From positions 62,001 to 100,226 of the forward strand of contig JBEUKZ010000063.1 of NCBI GenBank assembly GCA_048128005.1: a stretch of 38,226 bases of DNA, given 5' to 3'. The notes under the pieces were generated by a model that searched no databases, was not told the origin of the DNA, and saw nothing but the letters and a program-made list of their open reading frames with translations. A program made the position numbers and the translations under genes. Origin of the DNA: Veleropilina oligotropha. Lineage: Eukaryota. Below, piece by piece: positions 22,608-32,694 of the stretch (positions are counted from its first letter, which is position 1; each line of letters starts with the position of its first letter).

Positions 22608-23912
22608 ATGGCCAGCCTGTACGGACGCAAGCTTGATCCATACCGCAGACTGCGAGAGCCTCTTGGGGTCAAGGGTACCCGCCAGTCGGTCACCATAACC
22701 AATAACCCATCCACGATCGCCGCAAACCAGCAGCTGTTGGTCAGGTTCCCTAATCTTGGGGCTCATGACGTGATCGTTCCAGGGACTGCCCACCTTGCCT
22801 TTACCATTTCTCTGACCTCGGCTAACCCGAACAGAACCGTAGTGCAGAACATCGGACGTGCCTTGGTCAAGAAGACCACGATAAAGATCAGTGGAAACGA
22901 GATCATGTCTATCGACGATTCCGACGTGTATCACTGCTACTGCGATCTCTGGAAGACCCCCCAGGAACGCAAGAACGCCCAATACCAGGGGATTGATACC
23001 ATCGATGGAAAAAACACTACGAAGCATCGTGTTGGTACGAAAGACGCCTTCAGAGTGTCTGAGGATGTGGCCATCTCGGTCGCGTATGGTAACAGGTTTC
23101 GCATCCCGCTGGACTTCGAATTGCTGGAAAGCCACATGCCCTTCTATCAGAGTGCGTTGGGAGACCGTCTCGAGTATGAGCTCACGTTCAACGATTACTC
23201 CCAGACTATCAGGGATACGGACGACCCCAGCTCCAGCTACAGCATCGACAATATCAGCCTGGAATATGACATGGTCACCCAGGTAGAACTGGCCAGGCTG
23301 ATACGCAACCAGTAATCGGGCCGCCTCGCCATCCTATACGACCGTGTCCTGCGGCATCGTAAGCTCACCAGGGACAAGAGCGACACGTTGTGGAATCTGA
23401 ACCTGAACGTCCCGGCACGGTCCATGAAAGGGATCCTACTGCTGTTTGAGGATCCCGCGCGAGACGCAGCACCATTCGCGAGGGACTCCGAGGCATTTTA
23501 CAACCCGAAAATCACCAAGGTCGAGGTCACCATTGAGGGGGTCCCGAATCAACTCTACAGCCAGGGCATGCGTTCCTACCAGATGTGGGACGAAGCCAGG
23601 AAACTGTTCGCCTCCAGCCCGATCAGCAAGCGGCATCCTGAGGTGGCGCTGGTTGCCAAGGATTTGGCTCTGGCAGACGTCACCCTGGGCCAGTTCTTAA
23701 CGAAAAAGTACGCACTCTGGATAGACATGCGGGTTACCGACGACGATCAGCTGCATGGGTCAGGCCGGAGGGTAGAGAACGCCAGCGAGGGTATCACCAT
23801 CCAGATCACTAAGATGGGTGAAGCAGCCGGCCCGTTGAACGTTTACCTGTACGTACTCATGGATGCACAGCTCAACATCGAGAATGGACGCTTCGTCACA
23901 GCGCTGTACTAG
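22608..23912 (+). pseudogene. Probable major capsid protein (double jelly-roll) with one premature stop
   Basis: ORFs 22608-23315 and 23388-23912 share a frame, joined through TAA at 23313-23315 (RNQ*SGRLAILYDRVLRHRK), giving 434 codons. The sequence is beta-rich, of MCP size and directly upstream of the packaging ATPase. Confidence 0.75.
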
Positions 23913-24516
23913 CCGGTTTCCGCACACCAAGGACCCCCACTCCGCAATCATATGCGGCTAGACTGGTTGTGGGAAGACGGTTTTCATGCTGGAACTGCTG
24001 AAAGGGGAGTATCGAGGCGTGTTCCGGCACATTGTCAACCTCTGCCCCACGATCAAGTACAACAAAGCATACCAGTCTTGTCCATGGATCTGGACTGATC
24101 CGGGGGTGTACTTGATTCCCCCCGGTGAGCGACTCCATGACTGGTTGCGGGGGTTCTACCGGCTGTTCCAGGGGGACCCCACCCTCTACATCATCGACGA
24201 CTGCGCCGCCAGCAAAGCCCTTGCCAAGAGGCGGGATATGTTGACTTCATTGGCCTTCAGCGGGAGGCATGTCGAACAATCCGTGTGGGTGGTGACGCAA
24301 AAATACAACTCGGTATTGAAAGAGCTCCGCGAACAAACCCGCTGGGTCGCGCTGTTTCACTGCAAAGACCGAGAGAGCTTTGAAGACTGTCTCCGTGAGA
24401 ACGGCGTAATCCCATCGCAGGATGAGAGAACCGCGGTGCGCCGGCTGTTGGCCGAAACCAGGCACGCAAAGCTTCTGTTGAAAACTGACCAGCCCGTTGC
24501 TTATAGTGTGCTGTAG
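23884..24516 (+). pseudogene. A32/FtsK-HerA-type DNA packaging ATPase with a nonsense codon in Walker A
   Basis: From ATG 23884: SAIICG*TGCGKT (TAG at 23959-23961), Walker B LYIIDD, and the LAFSGRH...SVWVVTQKY motif. Confidence 0.9.
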
Positions 24517-24571
24517 CAAGCTGTAGCATCTACCAGGTATCTACTGAGCATCTACCCAGCAGCTACCTAGC

Positions 24572-25780
24572 ATGTCGGACTCGGTATATATAGCTTTTGC
24601 TTGCAGCCAGAGCCTGATGTTGCTGCTACTCGCTACATTGTGGTACTGGCTGTACAGTTATATTAGACCGGCGAGGAGATGTTGGAAACGCTTCAGGATG
24701 GACAGCCTGATCGACCAACTCATGGACGACGAACAAGAAACGACCGTCACCGGCAATCGCTTGACTCCCTCGGGCTGCTTGCAGCACGAGGAACCTGTCA
24801 GTAACAGTGGAGTCGCAAGTTCCGTAGGAACGGCAAAGAAGCGGGAGAGGCTTGCAGCCTTAGCCATTGGAGGACAGGCCCACAGATACTTGGGGCGCAA
24901 CCTCACAGTTGACCGGATCGACGATATGACCGACGAAGAGGTTGACAAGCACCACGCGAGGTACGAAGCCAAGCTCGGTGCCGAGATGACGAAGACTCTG
25001 GGAACTGCCGCTATACACATTTACGCGGGGGCGGCTGGGATGTTCTTGCCTATCCCACCAGAAAACCAGCTACGACTGATCGCGGACCTGGAGGCCGACC
25101 CTTTCATCTCACATGCTCTGTGCACTGCAAGCTGCGAGTTGTATCACCAGTACGGCATGTACCTGGCGCCGCTGACCGCCGCGTTGACCACGGCTAAGCA
25201 CTGCCAATTTGGACGCCTAAAATACCAGAGCGAGGGCGAGATCAAGATGACAACGCTGGAAGTGGACCGAATTTCGGCACCGAGCCCGCCGATAGAGAGG
25301 GTGACCCAGCCGATAGAGAGGGTGACTTCTTCGACAGACTCATCAGTGAGTAAAAAGGACCCTAAGAAGGTGGCTGCGGGTCGGGCCGGTGCTGCTGCTC
25401 GGAAAGCCAAGCAGGAGAGGCTACTTGCCGATGTTAGAAAACTCAAAGAAGACGCTCGACAAGTATCCATCAGCAAAGTTCCTTCAGAACTGCCGGAGGC
25501 GCCACACAGTACCCCAGCCATGATGACCGCGGTCGAAAAGGACGTTCGCGCCGGGGGCGCAGTGTCAGATACACGGAAATCGGACCCATTGAATTGGGCC
25601 CTCTTCGCTGCAGGCGGGGTTGCATTGTTATTTGTTGTCTGGAAACGCAGCAGTGGTGCATCCACACCACATCAACAGCCACCAACACAGGCGAGGCAGC
25701 CCAGGGCCTACCCCCCGGCCCACCCCACCCCACCCACCACCGAATTGAAGAATGAGCACAACCCGTTCCATATGCGATAG
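24572..25780 (+). CDS. Hypothetical protein (402 aa) with N- and C-proximal hydrophobic segments
   Basis: Intact ORF with an N-terminal TM-like segment, a helical core, a basic KKDPKKVAAGRAGAAARKAK segment and TM-like WALFAAGGVALLFVVW. Confidence 0.75.
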   Translation: MSDSVYIAFACSQSLMLLLLATLWYWLYSYIRPARRCWKRFRMDSLIDQLMDDEQETTVTGNRLTPSGCLQHEEPVSNSGVASSVGTAKKRERLAALAIGGQAHRYLGRNLTVDRIDDMTDEEVDKHHARYEAKLGAEMTKTLGTAAIHIYAGAAGMFLPIPPENQLRLIADLEADPFISHALCTASCELYHQYGMYLAPLTAALTTAKHCQFGRLKYQSEGEIKMTTLEVDRISAPSPPIERVTQPIERVTSSTDSSVSKKDPKKVAAGRAGAAARKAKQERLLADVRKLKEDARQVSISKVPSELPEAPHSTPAMMTAVEKDVRAGGAVSDTRKSDPLNWALFAAGGVALLFVVWKRSSGASTPHQQPPTQARQPRAYPPAHPTPPTTELKNEHNPFHMR

Positions 25781-25803
25781 TAGCAAACGGTACCATCAAC
25801 AGC

Positions 25804-26043
25804 ATGACTACCCCAATCACCGATGGAAAGATGCTCGGCAATGCCGTCTATCACTCGGCCATCATGTCTGGCCTTGCCATTGGCTACTCACGCCTGGTAA
25901 AGATGGCCTTCAAGGGGGTCAGCCCCAAGCTGGACTTCACGGGTTACGACGTGGGGATGGTCGTCCTCGACGTAGCGCTCGCCATGGCGACGAAGGACAT
26001 GCTGATCAAGCAAGGCATCATTCCGGCCGACGTTTTGAAGTAG
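25804..26043 (+). CDS. Small hydrophobic protein (79 aa)
   Basis: ATG ORF within the co-directional gene block, with two moderately hydrophobic helices. Confidence 0.7.
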   Translation: MTTPITDGKMLGNAVYHSAIMSGLAIGYSRLVKMAFKGVSPKLDFTGYDVGMVVLDVALAMATKDMLIKQGIIPADVLK

Positions 26044-26073
26044 TGGGACCTGCTAGATCATCGCATCACTTCA

Positions 26074-26505
26074 ATGGCTTCCATTGCGATGCTGGTTGGG
26101 GGCGCTCTCGTCAACACCCTCGCCTTCAGCGGGTCCAACTTCCTATTCTCGAAGCTACGCAGCTCCGGTGTTGATGAGGAGCGTAAACGCCACGACAAAG
26201 CCGTAGAGCAGCTCCAGGCCGCTCAGACTAAATGGTCACAAAAGCGGGCAGAGCGGCTCGATTGGCTTAACGTTGAACTTCGCCGCCAGGGTCATGCCGT
26301 TGGCACATTCCGGGATGTTGACGCCGCTATCCGTGAGTATGCCTTGATCACCGGCAAGAACCTTGACCCCGCCCTGGGGGGTGGCCCTGAGCCCGCCCTG
26401 TCTGACTACTACACGCCGAGCGACGACCAGAAAAAGCGTGAGATCACATTCGTCATCCTGGGGATGGCTGCGACCGGGTTGGTAGCCTACAAGCTCCTAC
26501 CCTAA
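26074..26505 (+). CDS. Membrane protein with N- and C-terminal hydrophobic segments and a central coiled coil (143 aa)
   Basis: MASIAMLVGGALVNTLAFSGSNFLF, EERKRHDKAVEQLQAAQ, ITFVILGMAATGLVAYKL. Confidence 0.8.
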   Translation: MASIAMLVGGALVNTLAFSGSNFLFSKLRSSGVDEERKRHDKAVEQLQAAQTKWSQKRAERLDWLNVELRRQGHAVGTFRDVDAAIREYALITGKNLDPALGGGPEPALSDYYTPSDDQKKREITFVILGMAATGLVAYKLLP

Positions 26506-26540
26506 TTTCCAGTGGACATTTTTTTGCGTGTGCCTATATA

Positions 26541-26804
26541 ATGGGGCTCCCAGAAGAGTTGTACTGTGCTATGCTAGAGGTGGGCCTTGCCGCCCTTGGT
26601 ACTACGTCACTCGACTGCTGGCGGCGCAACGAAAAGACTATGGTGCGGTTCGCGGTCATGGTTGTCTCGGGCCCGACCAACCTACGGGCGACGACTGGGC
26701 AGCTTCCGGAGCCGGTCGCTGAAGCCTGTTGGAGACTGATCACGTTGCTGGAATACCTCGCAAGCCTCGATGGCAGCGAAGAAACAGAAGCCCTTGATGG
26801 CTAA
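26541..26804 (+). CDS. Hypothetical protein (87 aa)
   Basis: Fills the gap before the integrase and overlaps its start. Confidence 0.45.
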   Translation: MGLPEELYCAMLEVGLAALGTTSLDCWRRNEKTMVRFAVMVVSGPTNLRATTGQLPEPVAEACWRLITLLEYLASLDGSEETEALDG

Positions 26805-27744
26805 AGAACTCGACGAAACGCTTCGCAAGTACTACTACGCAGATGGGGGGTTCCAGGGCGTCTCAACTCTGCACTCAAGGCTTCCAAAAGGCGCAGCCTC
26901 AATAAAAAGAATCCGGGAGTGGATCTCGACACAGGAGGTTGGTCGGTACATGCAGACGAAACCCCCTAGAGAAGTATTTGCCCGTTTCACAGAGGACAGG
27001 CCCGGCGTGATCCACCAGGCCGATCTTCTCTACCTCCCACATGACAAGGTCGGCCGTAAAACGTACAAGTATGCGTTGACCTTGGTCGACGGGGCCTCTC
27101 GCTACAAGGCTGCCAGACCACTAACAACAAAATCGGCCAGCGAGGTAGCTAAGGCGTTTGCTGACATCTACAAGACCAGCCCGTCCCTCTTATCCTGGCC
27201 AAAAACGCTAATGGTGGATGACGGGCACGAATTCAAGGGGGAAGTATCCACTCTTCTAGGGAAGCACGGAGTTGATATACGACGTGCAGAGCCGGGTCAT
27301 CACCGAACGCAGGCATTTGTTGAGTCATTCAACCGCCGGCTGGCTGAACGACTATTCAGGAAGCAAGCGCATGAAGAGCTGAACAGCGGCCGGGACAACC
27401 GCCAGTGGGTGTCCGTTCTTCCAGCTGTAGTAGCAGATATGAATGCGACGCCAACACGACTAACCGGTCTTCCTCCAGCGAAGGCAGCCAACCTGTCTCA
27501 GGTGCCGCTAGTGGCGTCCAAACCACCCCCACAGGAAACGCTGCTACCGATTGGCATGCTGGTGTATCTCACCACAAACGAAGAAGACCCGAAAGATACC
27601 GGGTGCCGTCGCGCAACAGATCCATGGTGGACACATAAGCCCTACCTGATTCGCCGTCGCGTATCGGAACCCCACCAACCCGCGCTCTACTACACGGCAT
27701 TCTCAAAGCATGGGTTCACAAGGTCGCAGCTGAGACCTGCATAG
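26770..27744 (+). CDS. Retroviral-type (rve) DDE integrase, intact
   Basis: HQAD(D1)L...YKYALTLVD.ASRY..ARPL..KS..EVA.AF; LMVD(D2)DG.EFKG; VE(E)SFNRRL; W...LP.VV...N.T..R. An alternative start lies at 26797. Confidence 0.93.
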   Translation: MAAKKQKPLMAKELDETLRKYYYADGGFQGVSTLHSRLPKGAASIKRIREWISTQEVGRYMQTKPPREVFARFTEDRPGVIHQADLLYLPHDKVGRKTYKYALTLVDGASRYKAARPLTTKSASEVAKAFADIYKTSPSLLSWPKTLMVDDGHEFKGEVSTLLGKHGVDIRRAEPGHHRTQAFVESFNRRLAERLFRKQAHEELNSGRDNRQWVSVLPAVVADMNATPTRLTGLPPAKAANLSQVPLVASKPPPQETLLPIGMLVYLTTNEEDPKDTGCRRATDPWWTHKPYLIRRRVSEPHQPALYYTAFSKHGFTRSQLRPA

Positions 27745-30700
27745 TGCTTGTGTCGACGATTACAGGACAGGCATGTCAACCGGACGTTCCACTTGTAGTG
27801 ACCCTGACTGTCATCCAGGCGGTCGATACTGAATGCCTGCCCGTGGCAGTTCGTGTAGCCCTGAAGAAGCACTATGACAGACCACACACCTCTTGTCTGC
27901 AGCGTCGATCATGTCGAGCACGTGGTTGACGGTGAGTGTATGGTGTGCTCCCGTGTAGTGGGGCCGTTTCTTTTGACGATCCTCAACCACGTAGCGCTTG
28001 AGCCTTGCGGCGATGAGCTCTCGCGAAGGTGTGGCCTGCTGATCGGTGGGAGTTATAGCACCCGGAGCGTCATCAGGCGGCAGAACCCGTACAATCTGAT
28101 CCATCAACCGGGCCCGGCTCACTGCTGTGTATACGGCGTTGCTCACCCAGCCACTCAGACCGTGGTCGACGATGTATAGGCGCCTGGATGGTTGGATGGT
28201 CTTCCCTTGCACCCTATGCACCGTCCCCCACCCCGCACATTTCCACTCAAGCGGTAGCCCGTTCTCGACTAGTTTAAGGGGGACTTTGACGATGGTCCCT
28301 CAATAGGCAGGCACGGTTTCTCGACTACCCGGTATCGCTATCGGCCGACCCTGCATGCGGTACCGATGCGAGATGCTATCGTCTGGGTCGAATCGAATAT
28401 TAGCAGGAATCCGGGGGTGTGTCCTTCTGTGCTGCCAGAGCAGCTGAGTCTGGACCTGCGCGCCTAGAGCGTTCGTGGAGCAGATCCAGATGTCATCGGG
28501 CTTGGTGCGGCCTAAAGCTTCTACGAACGGCGTTGCGGCCAACTTATCTCTGAAGACGTTGAGCTGTTGCTGATCATTAGCGCACCACATCCACGCCTTT
28601 ACGTCGTGCAAAGCCGACGTTGGCCCATGTTGACAGCGACAGCAGGACCACGGCTCGCCACACGCCTCACACAGGCACCTATAGTCGGTGTCAAACCACC
28701 GCAGGTTCTGGTTGGGGCCCGCCCTGGGGGAGGCCCAGTCTGCTAACATGTGGGGAGGGCCTTCTTTATCGCCCCATGGCGGGATCTGCCCCATATCCCC
28801 AACGCAGATGATTTGACATGGCCTACGGGCGAGATAATCAAGGACGGTCATCGGGGTCTTCGTGGGGACCTTGCAACACTCGTCGATGACGATAACCTCG
28901 GCTAGGTTGTCGAGTCGGTGTCCCAGGGCAGCCGGGTCCCAATCCTCGATCGGCTTGCCGACGGGTAGACATAGGTAGTGGTGGATCGTCTCGACTTGTG
29001 CATGCTGGAGACCCAGTCTCGGGTTGTTGCGGTGTTCTTGGGCGATGTCGTTCGCGGGGGTGAGCACCACCAGCTTCCGACCACGAAATGTCTGTACTGC
29101 CCACTCGGTTTTGCCACTGCCGCCTTGACCTGCGAGGTATAAACGTCGCGAGGTGGCCGCGCTGATATCGGAAGGGAACGGAGGGGCGTTCCCCCCCCCC
29201 CCCGCCTGGGGGCAAGTCGAGACGACCAGCATGCTCTATCGTCCAAGCAGCAGCCTCTGGGCGCCACTCGTATCCTGGGGCTTTATGTCGCCATTGCCCA
29301 TACCTAGGTTGGTCTGGGACCAGCATATGTTCGACCGATTCGGGCAGGCTCTTGACGTATAAGGCATCGGTGCAGACACGAAGGACATCCTCTCGTGGGA
29401 ATCTTCGTAGCATGTGGCGGAGGGCGATGTTCGTATATGCGAGGACGAAGGCTCGGATATGAAACCACTGCGTCCTGATCTTGCCGTCCCTGTACTGAAT
29501 GAGGTGGACATTGCCGGCCTTCTCGAAGTTCAAGAGACGGTCAGTGCCGCCGAGAACATTGGCCAAGTAGGCGGCCTCGTTTGGATCGCAGACTAGGATG
29601 CTCGACTCATCACCATGACGAGCACACTTGCCAACGAAGCGCATGGCCAGGTCTCTCAAAGGGAACTTGATAGCGGCCTTTGTGCCTACGCTGTATACCA
29701 CCTCGCGCGCTGTGACCTCCACCAGATCGCCAGAGTCAATTAAGTCTGCAAGCTCAGGGGTAGTGATCCAGCCCTGCTTCTCCCGTAGGTGCTCGCCTAC
29801 GCGACCCACGGTATAGGGGTGCGTCTCTGGGCTGAATTTCCACGCAGCGAGCTGCACCGCTCCTGTCAGGGTGAGGATATCTCTTATGGACACGCCCTCG
29901 ACGTTCGCTCGACGCATCATACTCGTCGGGAACCCATACTGGCGCACCAGATCTATGGATTCTCCAACCCTGCCACAAAGGGAGTCTTCGCAGCCAAGGT
30001 ATGCTGCGCGCATGTCGAGATGATAATGAACACGGGTGCCCGCGGCCTCATCATTAGAATTCCAAACCTTGGCCTCAACCTGAGCCGCTCGCCAGGTGTC
30101 CAGGTGGTTTGCTGGCGTTGGCTTGATCTCCTCGCGGGCCAACCACTTCTGGAACTGGTACGACGTGGCCCCACCCATGGAGTGGGAAGCTCGGTGGTAT
30201 TCCTCTTCAAGCTTCTTAAGTTCTTCGGGGATTTCGGAAGGATGCCAGTGCGTCTCGTCCTCGAAAGCGAGGTCAATAGCCATACCCTCGGCCCTCGACC
30301 TCCACAGGGAACCATCGCTACCCACGAGAGCCTGTCCACATACCCAGACCCGGACCGTCGATGGGATGGCCCTGGAGGCAAATGCGATCAGAACCTCTCT
30401 TGTAGTTTGGTCCATGGTCTTCTGGGCCGCAGTGGTCTTTGGGGCCGCAGTGGTCTTCTGGGCCGCAGACGTAAGGGCCTGTTCTGCGATGTCGTCGAGA
30501 CTGTAAACCTGTACGATCTTGGGCGGAACGGTCGGGATGCTTGCCCACGCGTGGTTGTTATGACACGGCACCCGAATCGTGGACCGGCCCTTGTATTTAC
30601 CGCTGTCCCATAGAGTGTTGCCTAACGCGTCGACGGCAACAAGCTTGACATTGAGAGCCGCTTCAATGGAGAACATATCCTCGCGTGTGCAGCCCTGTTC

Positions 30701-31797
30701 TGCAAGCTTTCGGTCGAACTTCTCAAGAAGTAGTCTGCGACTCTGTGTTAACCCATCTCCGGCTTTCGTCATTTTGTTCTGGAAGTGGTCCACCACACAG
30801 CGAACGAAGCAGTTTACAAACTCTCCATCTTCTTGAGGGGCTAGCATTGGCCCCGGTTCTCCTCGCTGCTCCGGAAGCGGACGAAACTCGTACCTAACAT
30901 AGACGAGATATTCTCGCCCCTTCTCCCATGCATGCTGGTCGATGCCGTGAAGAGCCGCGGCGCTGACCTGGTCTCCGCGAACCACCCCCTTCCCCTTAAT
31001 GTGATGCTCAGAGACACCCACTTCCTCGGTCACTTGGGCTAGAGGTTCCTTGGCCGATTTCCCAACTACCGTGAACAGCTTGTATTGTGTGTCGGGGTCT
31101 AGAAGCTCCAACACCTCCGAGGCCATACCCAGCGTCACCCGAAGATCCCTCTTTTCGCACGATACCCAATACACCGCGACGATACCCAATACACCGCGCC
31201 TTCGTCTGTGATGTCAGGCCCCCGTACAACAGTCGAATCTACGACCATCAACAGCCTCGGTAATCTCTTTACGGACGACGTCGGCGCCCGTCTTAATATA
31301 CGCCCCATCGGGGAACAGGACTGCGACACCGTCAACGAGAAGAGAGTAATAGGCATCCGAGGCTAGGTGATCTTGAAGATCCCCGGGGGGCCCTTCCAAG
31401 CAATAGCCCGGGCAAGGGTCTCTTTCCGAGACCTAGTCAGACCGTGCAGGTGTGGCTTGACGCTTCGATCCGTGATGTTACGAAGTGGCTTCTGTCGTAT
31501 CCAGGGCGTCTTCTCAGCCTGGGTTTCGTATTTACGGACCTTGAGGGCCACACCGACCTCGTCCTTAAGCTGCAGCAATTCGCGAGCACGACGGCCTCGG
31601 TTGTGGGGGTTCTCCACATCTCCACGAATGGAGGGGAATCTTCCCGTTTTCATCGCCCGCTCGAGTCTCCTCCGAAACTCGGCAGCACGGACCCCGGCGA
31701 TTGCCCTGATGAGGTCGTTTTTCTTGAACTTCGACTGATCGGGAAGCCCATAATATTTCGCTAGATTGCGTAGTTCTCTGAGGGAGACACGTTCCAT
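27690..31797 (-). pseudogene. Large replication gene: HeH-like N-terminus, vOTU-like domain, derived PolB palm, SF1 helicase and HNH nuclease (several lesions)
   Basis: Consecutive minus-strand ORFs carry NCFVRC..HNNHAW; HLDMRAAY/YGFP, LAMRFVGK and RVCTDALY; GQGGSGKT, VIVIDE, GDMGQIPP, TVHRVQGKT and YTAVSRAR; CVVC..FSIDRLDDSQGH..NVRLTCLSCN. Breaks occur at ~31365, 31159-31198 (20-bp duplication), 29191-29203 (G13), 28300 (TGA) and ~27875. Confidence 0.8.
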
Positions 31798-31839
31798 CTC
31801 GACATGACATGAAGATACCAGGCTCTAAATGGAAATTTT

Positions 31840-32121
31840 TTAAGTCGCGCGCGACTGCAACTCGCACAATACTTTGGCGTAGAGACGGCGTTCTCTTTTT
31901 GCAGTGTTTATGAGAGCCTGGGCGCCACGATGACCTCCACACGGTCTACATAACAGAACGGCCGATTTCGTACCGACACCACATACCCTACATGGCAGGG
32001 GTGATGTTCTTCCCATCCGAATTTTCTGTCTATGTGTCTTGCAAAATTCGTTGACGCAGGTACGACCACAAACCTCAACGGTATTAACTGGCAACCAAGG
32101 GCATAGATTCGTTCCCCACAT
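31840..32121 (-). CDS. Small Cys/His-rich putative zinc-finger protein (93 aa)
   Basis: C-x10-C-x3-C-x4-C-x2-H and CxxC-x10-CxxC patterns; basic C-terminus. Confidence 0.7.
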   Translation of the reverse strand: MWGTNLCPWLPVNTVEVCGRTCVNEFCKTHRQKIRMGRTSPLPCRVCGVGTKSAVLLCRPCGGHRGAQALINTAKRERRLYAKVLCELQSRAT

Positions 32122-32233
32122 GGCGTATAGCGTGGACAGTCTAGTCTCTAATATAGATTATGACACTAAGATATCGAGCCCGGTGCACGGCGAGGGTAAC
32201 GGGCCCCGGGGAAGTCCCATAGACTATTCTAAG

Positions 32234-32500
32234 CTACCCTGCGTTCTTCACCTTGTCCCAGGGATCGTCGCCCCAGGTGGTGGTGTCCCCGGTCTTCCGC
32301 TCACCCCGGGGCGTCCGCCTGGTCCCCCCGCTCACCTCGAAGACCTCGAGGCGGGCCAGGATCGCAGCGAGGAGGGTGCTGACGTTTGCAAACTTCGTCG
32401 CGATCTCGGTTCGCAGAACCTGAAACTCGGCCGCTAGCGTCGCCTGGACGACGGCGGTGATGCTGTCGACGAGCTGCTGGTGCTTCGACTTGTCGGACAT
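32234..32500 (-). CDS. Hypothetical helical protein (88 aa), possibly truncated
   Basis: First ORF inside the right TIR. Its stop codon is supplied by an internal copy of the subterminal motif. Confidence 0.55.
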   Translation of the reverse strand: MSDKSKHQQLVDSITAVVQATLAAEFQVLRTEIATKFANVSTLLAAILARLEVFEVSGGTRRTPRGERKTGDTTTWGDDPWDKVKNAG

Positions 32501-32694
32501 AGTGTTGGGTCGGGGTCGGATACGGGATACTCAAGAGTATTCAACTTGGAGTTGCCCGGGCGTCTCCCTGAATTAGTATAAACTGCCCTAGTGTAGTCAT
32601 CCTGGCCCAAATAACCGAGTCTAAACTGCCCTAGTCCCCCGGCCGACAAAAACCTCTGCCCTAGCGAAAAAACGACCCCTGCCCTGAGCAGACA

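Noticed and set aside
22557..23135. N-terminal 190 aa of the 620-aa track ORF 21273-23135(-)
   Set aside because: It is antisense to the capsid gene and has a non-ATG start; the plausible start is ATG 22556.
23313..23315. Programmed read-through or an alternative genetic code in MCP, ATPase and helicase
   Set aside because: The three stops are different codons (TAA, TAG, TGA), each one substitution from a sensible residue (Tyr, Gln, Arg). The same codons end other genes normally, so nonsense mutation is simpler.
29789..30613. 274-aa plus-strand ORF and other antisense ORFs inside the virus
   Set aside because: They are shadows of motif-bearing genes on the opposite strand in GC-rich DNA.
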